Assembly (NCBI GenBank): GCA_021324655.1
Contig: JAJPIP010000062.1
Location: forward strand, 38,987-102,986
Source: Pseudomonadota bacterium
GTDB lineage: Bacteria > Chloroflexota > UBA5177
Reading direction: 5' to 3'
Length of the DNA stretch: 64,000 nt
The notes below the pieces were generated by a model, which was given only the letters and a program-made list of their open reading frames with translations, made no database searches and was not told where the DNA came from. A program made the translations under genes and the position numbers. Shown piece after piece: positions 18,406 through 26,163 of the stretch. The stretch's first letter is position 1; the number at the start of each line of letters is the position of its first letter.

Positions 18406-18822
18406 TCAATAAGGACGAGTCCTGGCGCCCGGCAGGAGCAGGCGCGCCAGACCCGTCGGCGTCTCCTCGGCGCCGCCTACCGACTCTTCAGCGGGAAGGG
18501 ACGCACCGACTCCAGTATTCCCGCGATCGTCCGGGAGATAGGCGTCGCAGGGCCGACCGTGTGCGGGACGTTCGGCTCCTTTGCGGGACATGCTCGACGA
18601 GCCCGATCCGGTCCGTCAACGGGAGTTCCTCGCTGCGATCAGTCGGCGGGCCGGCGAGGGAGCGGTCGGATCGCCCAAGATCCTACACGGCGCGGCTGTC
18701 TTGGAACCCGAGATTACCGCCCTCTACCGTCAGAGGCATGCGGGACTTGGTTGCGAGGCTCGCCTCCGCTTGCACCGTCGGCTGGGGCTATCCTATGGGC
18801 TAGAGCTACGGAGAGCGAGTAA
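18406..18822 (+). pseudogene. degraded TetR-family regulator remnant (HTH present, no start codon, frameshifted)
   Basis: One frame reads ARQTRRRLLGAAYRLFSGKGRTDSSIPAIVREIGVAGPTV, which is a TetR HTH, with no ATG/GTG/TTG between the upstream stop (18403-18405) and the HTH. The +1 frame continues as LDEPDPVRQREFLAAI. Confidence 0.3.
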
Positions 18823-18854
18823 CCGGGCCGGCCTCGCAGAGGAGGAAGTCGCCG

Positions 18855-19295
18855 ATGAAAGACACGCAGAAGTCCGCGAACAGCACCACCGACCGGGCGT
18901 CCAGGGGCTTCACGTCCGAGGAGCGCGCCGCCATGAGGGAGCGCGCCAAAGAGCAGAAGGCGGCCGCCGGGGAAAGCGAGGTGCTGGCGAAGATCGCCGA
19001 GATGCCGGAAGCGGATCGCGTCCTCGGTGAGCGCCTCCATGCTCTCATCAAGGCCACCGCGCCGGATCTCACGCCGCGCACCTGGTATGGGATGCCTGCC
19101 TATGCCAAGGACGGCAACATCGTCTGCTTCTTCCAGTGTGCCGACAAGTTCAAGACGCGGTACGCGACCCTCGGCTTCAGCGACAAGGCGAACCTGGATG
19201 ACGGCACCATGTGGCCGACCACCTACGCCCTGACGGAGTTGACCGCGGCAGACGAGGCTCGGATCACCGAGCTTATAAAGAAAGCGGTGAGCTGA
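18855..19295 (+). CDS. DUF1801 / YdhG-like protein
   Basis: The RBS is GAGGAGGAAG. The stretch [29 protein letters not shown] is characteristic of DUF1801. Confidence 0.7.
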   Translation: MKDTQKSANSTTDRASRGFTSEERAAMRERAKEQKAAAGESEVLAKIAEMPEADRVLGERLHALIKATAPDLTPRTWYGMPAYAKDGNIVCFFQCADKFKTRYATLGFSDKANLDDGTMWPTTYALTELTAADEARITELIKKAVS

Positions 19296-19299
19296 GGGC

Positions 19300-19432
19300 T
19301 CAGTTCACTACCCGCCCCCGTCTGCTCGTCGGCCATCTTGAGGAAGAGCAGGAAGGTGAGCTGCTCGATGTAGTCCTGGTAGGAGAGGTGTGCGGGCCCC
19401 GAGCCGGCAACGAGGATGCCGCAACCCGCCAT
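19300..19432 (-). pseudogene. possible relic of a type I restriction-modification HsdM N-terminal domain
   Basis: The minus-strand frame reads SGPAHLSYQDYIEQLTFLLFLKMADEQT, an HsdM_N-like LxxLxFLKxxxD motif. The frame runs on for ~30 more residues and overlaps the convergent DUF1801 gene. The match is very short and therefore tentative. Confidence 0.2.
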
Positions 19433-19573
19433 CGTGTCGGCACGGATGCTCTGCGGGCCGGCCGCCACACGCGATCGCTGGTTGGCCCCTACGGGACGCG
19501 CGAAATACGGGCAGGCCGGGCCCTCGGATAGCCTGGGACAGATTTTGCCCATCCAGCCCGCAGGAGCCCGGAG

Positions 19574-20593
19574 ATGACAGACGCCTGGCGGATTCGCCCC
19601 TTTGACCCCGGCGACTACGGCGCGATCGTGTCGGTCATGAATCTCGCTGCTCCCCGCAGCCCGACGACCGTGGCACGGGTCCGCGACTGGGACGAGAACC
19701 GGCCGGCGCGCCTCAAAGCGGGCCGGTGGGTGGTGGAGGCGAAGGACGCGATCGTGGCGGTTGGCGCGTTTTCCCAATCACCGGACCTGTACCACCCCCA
19801 GAAGTTCCAGATCGCAATTCACGTCCACCCCGCTCATCAGGGCCGCGGTATCGGGTCGTCGCTCTTCGACGTCGTCACCGGCCAACTGCAGCCGCACGAC
19901 CCGATCGGATACCAGGGTCGGGCCTACGCCGACGATGAGCGCGCTCTCCGGTTCCTGGTTCAGCGAGGGTTTCAGGAGGACTTTCGCACGTGGGAGTCGG
20001 TTCTGGATGTCGAGAGGTTCGACCCGTCTCCGTGGCAGGGACTCGAGGAGCAGCTACGGGCGCAGGGGATTCAGATCCGTTCGCTCGCCGAGATCGGTGA
20101 TGACCCGGGACGCGACAGACAGATCTTCGAGCTGGAGCGGGACACCATGCGCGACATCCCGTCTCCCCCGTCGGTCACGTCGCATCGGGAGGACCTGACA
20201 CCGGAGCAGATCGAGGAGCGTTTCGCTCGCTATGTGGAACGCGCCCTGCATCACCCCGACCGGCCGCCGGAGTCGTTTTTCGTGGCCAGGCGCGGCGGGG
20301 AATATATCGGGCTCTCCTATTTCGAACTCGATCGCGAACACCGTATCGCGGAGATATTGATGACGGGGGTGACGCGGGAGTACCGGGGACGCGGCGTCGG
20401 AACCGCTCTGAAGGTGCGGGGGGTCCGCTACGCCTGCGATCACGGCTACCGGACGATTATCACCGGCAACGACACGTTGAACCGGCCGATCCTGGCTATC
20501 AACGACAGGTTAGGGTTCGTCCGTCAGCCGCAGCTGATCTTCTTTGAGAAAAGTCTGGAGCGGCCGGTCGAGGCCACGACAGACAATGCTTGA
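19574..20593 (+). CDS. tandem-GNAT N-acetyltransferase (two GNAT domains; MshD-like architecture)
   Basis: Two acetyl-CoA-binding motifs are present: QGRGIGSSLF and YRGRGVGTAL. The length (339 aa) fits a two-domain GNAT protein. Confidence 0.8.
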   Translation: MTDAWRIRPFDPGDYGAIVSVMNLAAPRSPTTVARVRDWDENRPARLKAGRWVVEAKDAIVAVGAFSQSPDLYHPQKFQIAIHVHPAHQGRGIGSSLFDVVTGQLQPHDPIGYQGRAYADDERALRFLVQRGFQEDFRTWESVLDVERFDPSPWQGLEEQLRAQGIQIRSLAEIGDDPGRDRQIFELERDTMRDIPSPPSVTSHREDLTPEQIEERFARYVERALHHPDRPPESFFVARRGGEYIGLSYFELDREHRIAEILMTGVTREYRGRGVGTALKVRGVRYACDHGYRTIITGNDTLNRPILAINDRLGFVRQPQLIFFEKSLERPVEATTDNA

Positions 20594-20821
20594 ACAAGCA
20601 CGGCTTCCGGTCGAGTAGGAATTATTTTCCGGGCTCTACGGGCACCGCTGCTACGAGCGCGGCCCAGCCGCGACAAACTAAGAACGCGCCCTACATCTCA
20701 GGTTCGTATTGCGGGATGCAGCAAACACGCGCAGGGACAAGCCACTGCGCCTACAGGTTGGGGGAGGGCATTGCCCCATTGTCACGGCTCGATCGAGTCC
20801 CGGTGCCCTCCCATATTGCCT

Positions 20822-21982
20822 TCATGCCGAAGCCACGTCCCGTGCCCCAAGCCACCCAGCCAACTCGTGCAGGGCGCCCTCGATCAGCACCCGAGCCCCA
20901 TCCGGCGCCTCCGGCTCGATAGACAGGGAATGCACGCGGAGGATTCGCTCTTTGCGGTCGAACTCCGGATCGACGCGGCCGATCAGGCGGTCGCCGTGGA
21001 GCGCCGGCAGGACGAAGTAGCCCCATTGCCGCTGGTCCCTGGGAACATACATCTCCAGCTTGTACTGGAAGCCGAAGAGGGCGTCCGTCCGGTCACGATC
21101 GTGAATCAGCCGGTCGAACGGCGAGAGCAGCGTGGTGCGCGCGGGCAGCGGGGTATCCATCGTGGCGAGGGCATCCGGGTCGGCGACCCAGTCGCCCGGC
21201 ACCCCCTCGATGGTGACCGGGACGGCGAGACCATCCGCCACGATGTCGGGACAGGCAAGTGTCTGGCGCGTGTAACTCACCACCTGGCCCTGCTCGACGA
21301 CGGCGCGCGACGCGATGCCGAGCGCTTGTAGCCGCTGCCTGACCAGCCGGCGATCGGCCTCCTCGTCGGGGAGGATCTCGGTCTCGGGGAACCAGCGCTC
21401 GGCGAGATCCCAGAGCCGCTGCGCTCCCTGGCGCCCCACGATAGCGATCTCGCCGCGGGCCGAGAGAAACGTCAGCATCTGCGAGACGTTGCGATTGCCG
21501 GTCCAGCCCTTCGATTCCCACGGTTCGACGGCACGATCCGCGAGATCGCGTGACAGGAGCGGTCCGCGCGCGCCCAACTCCGCCAGCACATACTGCCGGA
21601 ACGGCTCGTTCACCCGCAGCCAGTGTCCCACGCGCTCGGACGATTCGGCATGCTCGCGGCGCAAGCGCTCCATATGGGAGCGAATGGCGGGCAGGGTATC
21701 CGTGGGGTAAAGGAACGCCCGCCACTCGAAGAGCGCGCGGTCCTGCCAGAGCAGGTGATCGAGAGCCGCGGGGTCGTAGGTTCCCAGCCGGCTCCACAGC
21801 ACGAGCAGCTGGCTCCGCGCCACGCGATTGGTGGGATCAAGCTGCAGATAGCCCAGATGGCGCACCGTGTCGAGGACACCCGCCGCGGAGCCGTCGAGCA
21901 ACTGGGCACGGACGGCGATGCGCCGGGCCTGCTCGGCGGTCAGCGAGACCGGGTTAGATGACAGGGATGAGCCCGCGCCCAT
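20822..21982 (-). CDS. winged-helix DNA glycosylase, YcaQ/AlkZ family (DUF1006)
   Basis: The N-terminus LTAEQARRIAVRAQLL is conserved in this family, and the overall length and composition fit. A paralog lies at 49059..50135. Confidence 0.7.
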   Translation of the reverse strand: MGAGSSLSSNPVSLTAEQARRIAVRAQLLDGSAAGVLDTVRHLGYLQLDPTNRVARSQLLVLWSRLGTYDPAALDHLLWQDRALFEWRAFLYPTDTLPAIRSHMERLRREHAESSERVGHWLRVNEPFRQYVLAELGARGPLLSRDLADRAVEPWESKGWTGNRNVSQMLTFLSARGEIAIVGRQGAQRLWDLAERWFPETEILPDEEADRRLVRQRLQALGIASRAVVEQGQVVSYTRQTLACPDIVADGLAVPVTIEGVPGDWVADPDALATMDTPLPARTTLLSPFDRLIHDRDRTDALFGFQYKLEMYVPRDQRQWGYFVLPALHGDRLIGRVDPEFDRKERILRVHSLSIEPEAPDGARVLIEGALHELAGWLGARDVASA

Positions 21983-22056
21983 GGGGTCATTGTACCGAGC
22001 GCTCGTCCTCGCGCCAGGGGCAGTTGGACACGCTGCGCCGTCTGGTGATTCTCTGG

Positions 22057-22479
22057 TCAGATACCCCGCGAACGCCGGCTCTCCTCAACGTTCTTGCCCG
22101 GCGGCGACACCAACCGAACATGCGGCAACTGCCAGTCATGGCGTGCCAGGTACAGGAAAGACCGGGTCGCGATCGCCACCAGCAAGAGGAGGATGATGGC
22201 GACCCCGATGAACTGGTCGGCGGTCGGATGCCCCCAGATGATGGCCGCCAGGAGGAACATCAGCGCGGCACCCCACGCTCCCCCCGCGATCCGGAGCGAG
22301 TAGTGCGGCTGATGCAACTGCTCGACCGGAGACGTGCCCCTCGTCAGGGGCTCGTCACCTTTCTCGAGCGCCCGCAGAAACGCCTCGGCCAGCTGATGGT
22401 CGACATCGGGCGAGAGCTCGCGGCCCGCGCCCAGGATGGCGACGAGCTCGTCACGGAGTTCCTCATGTCGGGATGTCAT
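22057..22479 (-). CDS. small membrane protein (2 C-terminal TM helices), hypothetical
   Basis: The track ORF is 22057..22638. The internal ATG at 22479 has AGGAGGTG upstream. Confidence 0.5.
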   Translation of the reverse strand: MTSRHEELRDELVAILGAGRELSPDVDHQLAEAFLRALEKGDEPLTRGTSPVEQLHQPHYSLRIAGGAWGAALMFLLAAIIWGHPTADQFIGVAIILLLLVAIATRSFLYLARHDWQLPHVRLVSPPGKNVEESRRSRGI

Positions 22480-22663
22480 GGCCCACCTCCTACAGCAGAG
22501 GGTACTCCGATTCACTGAGGAGGTCCACTCCACCCGCGACGTCTCAATCGCGGCGGCTCCGCCCCGGATCGCCCCGAGACGTAACGCGCGTGTAACGCGG
22601 GCTTTCGTACTATGCGGGCATTCAAAGGAAAGCAGCATTCAGAGCCGGGAGCAGGAGTTTCGT

Positions 22664-24565
22664 ATGGGCAAGATCGCACTAGGTCCTATCCTCGGCCTTC
22701 TCCTCGTCCTCGCCTCCCCGGCTGTCGCGCCTGCCTCGAGCGCGGCCGGTGCACCCGGCACCACCAGGGTCTTGTTCGCCAGAGGATGGGTGCGGGCCCC
22801 GAAACCGCATGGCGCGGTTGAGATCGTTGGGGCCGCGTCCCGCTTACTCGCCTTTGCCCCGGAAAGCTGCCGCAGTGGAGTGAGTGCTTGCCTCTGGGTT
22901 TCCCGTAACGGACAGGCATGGAATCGCGTGATACTGAGATCACCTGCTTTCCGTTCGGGAGACAACATCACCGGGGTCTCCGGTGCCGGTGGACATTTCC
23001 TCCTGATCGGATGGCGGCGCGGCCCGCGCATGGCCGCTCAGTCGTGCCCCGGAATGTCACGGCTGGTCAATCCACCGACACACTATCAGTCCCTGGCCTG
23101 GGTCTCGACAAATGGCAGTACATGGCAACGCGCCTCGATCGCCGTGCCGGTTGCGTATGCCGCCGCGGGTGGGGACGGCCTCATCGCCCTGGTGGGACCA
23201 CGAGGCCTTCCGGTGGAGATTCAGAGTCCGACGTGCCCGGTTGGCGTGTGGACCTCGCATGATGGGGTGAGTTGGCGGCAGCTCCCGGGTGCGGCACGGC
23301 CGTTCGCTCTGGGTGCTGTGACATCGCTCACCCGGGGCGGCCCTGGATTGGTGGCTGGAGGTATCGTCAGCAAGGGGCCGGGACATCCCGCGTCTCGGGC
23401 CGCGATCTGGACCTCGCGCGACGGCCGCCGCTGGACCGAGGTACCGAATGATCATCAGGTATTCGGCGCGTTTGGTGGCCCGATGTCTGTCTCGTCAGTC
23501 CGTGTGGTGGCGGGCAGCCATGGCCTTCTGGCGCTCGGCACGGGCCTCGATTCGCTCGGCAATCCCGTATTCGCCTGGGCCTCGCGCGACGGCACACACT
23601 GGCGTCGCGCGGTCACCACCCCTTTCAACGTCGGTGATGTTCTCGAGGGCCGCATTGTCGGCTCACAAGCCGGCTTTGTCGGATTCGACGATGAGGGCGG
23701 CGAGGCGGTGGTTTGGTCATCATCTGATGGGCTGACCTGGACCCGGGTGGGAAGTGATGAGCTTTTCGGCGGGACGGCACGCGTGACGGGAGCGGCCGCT
23801 TTCCGTGACGGCGTGGCGGCCGTCGGCAGCTTCGCCGTCCACCCCCAGCCGGCCTGCCTGGGACCAGGAGCCGCGCGAGGGTTCGACCTGCGCCGGTTCG
23901 CCGATGCGACATTCCTCTGGAGCCAGGGACAGAGTCGGGCGGCACCGCCGCCACGGATCGATCAATCCGACCCCAGAATCCTCAAGCTGCTTCCCCAGGA
24001 TCTCCCGTCCAGCCTGCGTCCGAGTCAGGGCTCCTATCGGGGTGCATACGTCAACCTGTGCGCCGACGACCCCGCACTGGGGCGACATCGTGCCTATCTC
24101 CTCATGTTTGGTCAGGGCTTGCGGGGACTGGCCCTGAGCGCCGATACCGAAAGCGGATCCGCCCCCGCCGCAGACGCGTTCCAACACGCCTCTCAGTTGG
24201 TTGCTGCGCTCGGATCGCTGACTGCTGAGGAGACGGTCACCGACACCATCCTCAGCATGCGAGAGGTCCCGGTTCCTCTCCGCATTGGACAGGAAACGCG
24301 GCTCTTCACGCTGAAGGTTAAGGAACAGATCTGCGATGCCGCGGAGGGTGCTGTGAGCGTCCTCCAATGCGGCTCGATCCGCTATACCACCTCGGTCGTC
24401 GTGTGGCGGCAGGCACGGGTGATCGGCGTGGTCGCCAGCGGTCCCGTCAAGGCTCCATGTTCACCGGGATCACGTTCACGGTGCGTGGTGGGAGGGCAGA
24501 ATCTCGCCCTCCGCCTGGCACAGCGCCAGCTGGCTCATTTACGACATCCATCCCTCCCCGGATAG
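22664..24565 (+). CDS. secreted BNR/Asp-box repeat (sialidase-like beta-propeller) protein
   Basis: The signal peptide is MGKIALGPILGLLLVLASPAVAPASSAAG. There are six S-x-D/N-G-x-x-W Asp-box repeats: SRNGQAW, STNGSTW, SHDGVSW, SRDGRRW, SRDGTHW and SSDGLTW. The track ORF starts at 22436, but the internal ATG at 22664 with GGAGCAGGAG upstream is the likely start. Confidence 0.7.
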   Translation: MGKIALGPILGLLLVLASPAVAPASSAAGAPGTTRVLFARGWVRAPKPHGAVEIVGAASRLLAFAPESCRSGVSACLWVSRNGQAWNRVILRSPAFRSGDNITGVSGAGGHFLLIGWRRGPRMAAQSCPGMSRLVNPPTHYQSLAWVSTNGSTWQRASIAVPVAYAAAGGDGLIALVGPRGLPVEIQSPTCPVGVWTSHDGVSWRQLPGAARPFALGAVTSLTRGGPGLVAGGIVSKGPGHPASRAAIWTSRDGRRWTEVPNDHQVFGAFGGPMSVSSVRVVAGSHGLLALGTGLDSLGNPVFAWASRDGTHWRRAVTTPFNVGDVLEGRIVGSQAGFVGFDDEGGEAVVWSSSDGLTWTRVGSDELFGGTARVTGAAAFRDGVAAVGSFAVHPQPACLGPGAARGFDLRRFADATFLWSQGQSRAAPPPRIDQSDPRILKLLPQDLPSSLRPSQGSYRGAYVNLCADDPALGRHRAYLLMFGQGLRGLALSADTESGSAPAADAFQHASQLVAALGSLTAEETVTDTILSMREVPVPLRIGQETRLFTLKVKEQICDAAEGAVSVLQCGSIRYTTSVVVWRQARVIGVVASGPVKAPCSPGSRSRCVVGGQNLALRLAQRQLAHLRHPSLPG

Positions 24566-25088
24566 GTACGGGCGGCGCCTTCCCAACGTCGCCCTGCGGT
24601 CGTCGTGGTGTCCACCGTGGTGAAGCGGCCGCGGTCCCTCCAACTCCGGCGACGGGCCGCCCACCAGCGCGGACCGACGTCCCAGGCGACGGTATTGGGC
24701 ACCGTCCCCTGGCGGGCCGGCATGGGCGCCTACGAGGCATCGGCGTCGGTCGCGGCAGCCAGGGAAAGGATGGCATGACGCGCCTGGGAGGATGCGTTCT
24801 TCAAATGCTCGGGCGAGCCACCGAGGGGATCGGTGGGGAACGCCCGGCTTAGGCGTGTCGGGGCTGTGATGTGATCAGTATCGCGGCGGTCATTCTGTGA
24901 CGCAGGACACCGCGTCGCCGAGTCTTTCGACTCTGTTGGCGGCCGTCGTATTCCCCTTAGCGTGGAGAGGAGAGGACACCCATGGACCCTATAATGCTGG
25001 ACCTCAGGGGATGAGATCCGGGCGTCACGGACATCCTGTGAGTCAGCCGCGCGAAGGCGGTAGCGAGCACGAGGGAAGGGATTGAACA

Positions 25089-26141
25089 ATGATGGCTCGT
25101 CATGTATGGATAGCGCTCCTCACACTCTGTGCGACCTTGTGGTTCGCCAGTTTCCAGGCGTCGGCCTCGAATAAGTCGGGACCACATCATGGGAAACCGA
25201 CGCCGACGGCAACGGTGAAACCCACGGCCACGGCGACCGCGAAACCAACAAGCACGGCAACGGCCACTGCGACGGCGTCGGCCACCCCGACGAGTACGGC
25301 CACCTCCGGCAGTATCAAGACCGTCTTCCTCATCCTGATGGAGAATCACAACTGGTCGTCGATCAGCGGTGCGTCCGACGCACCCTACATCAACAGCCTG
25401 GTGACCGGCGCCAATAACGCGCAGACGTCGTACGCCACGCAGTACTACAACCCGCCCAACAACCACCCCAGCCTGCCCAACTACCTCTGGCTGGAAGGCG
25501 GGCAGTGCTACAGCTACTGCGGCACGGACAATAATCCCGGGGCGCTCATCACCTCGGCACACCTGACCACCCTGCTCACCAACGCCGGGATCTCCTGGAA
25601 AGCGTACGAGGAGGGGACCACCGACGGGACCTGTCCCACCGCCAACTCGGGTGAGTATGCCGTGCGACATGATCCCTACATGTACTTCCAGGACGTCGCC
25701 GGCAACACGAGCGTCTGCACCTCCCACGTCCGCAGTTACGGCGATCTCTCCACCGATCTGGCCAACAACACGGTGGCGCGCTACAACTTCATCACTCCGA
25801 ACCTCTGCGACGACATGCACGACTCGTGCTCGCCCACCAACGATCCCGTGAAGCAGGGGGACACGTGGCTGAGCAACCAGATCCCGATGATCGAAAACTC
25901 CCAGGCCTACAAGAACGGCGGGGCTATCTTCATCACGTGGGATGAAGCCGCCAGTGGGGATGGTCCCATCGGCATGATCGTCCTCTCCCCGCTGGCCAGG
26001 GGGCACGGCTACAACAACGCGATCCACTACACCCATAGCTCGACGCTGCGGACCATGGAGGAGATCTTCCACGTCAGTCCGATGCTGGGTGATGCACAGA
26101 ACGCCACGGATCTGAGCGGCCTGTTCGCCACTTTCCCGTGA
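25089..26141 (+). CDS. secreted phosphoesterase-family protein (PLC/acid-phosphatase-like) with a Thr/Ala/Pro-rich linker
   Basis: There is a signal peptide, then a low-complexity TATVKPTATATAKPTSTATATATASATPTSTATS linker, then TVFLILMENHNWSSI, which is the phosphoesterase-family motif. Confidence 0.8.
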   Translation: MMARHVWIALLTLCATLWFASFQASASNKSGPHHGKPTPTATVKPTATATAKPTSTATATATASATPTSTATSGSIKTVFLILMENHNWSSISGASDAPYINSLVTGANNAQTSYATQYYNPPNNHPSLPNYLWLEGGQCYSYCGTDNNPGALITSAHLTTLLTNAGISWKAYEEGTTDGTCPTANSGEYAVRHDPYMYFQDVAGNTSVCTSHVRSYGDLSTDLANNTVARYNFITPNLCDDMHDSCSPTNDPVKQGDTWLSNQIPMIENSQAYKNGGAIFITWDEAASGDGPIGMIVLSPLARGHGYNNAIHYTHSSTLRTMEEIFHVSPMLGDAQNATDLSGLFATFP

Positions 26142-26163
26142 CAGCGGATACGGTGCGGTCGAC

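Noticed and set aside
24957-26072. 371-aa minus-strand ORF
   Set aside because: It is antisense to the phosphoesterase gene, which has clear family motifs and a signal peptide.
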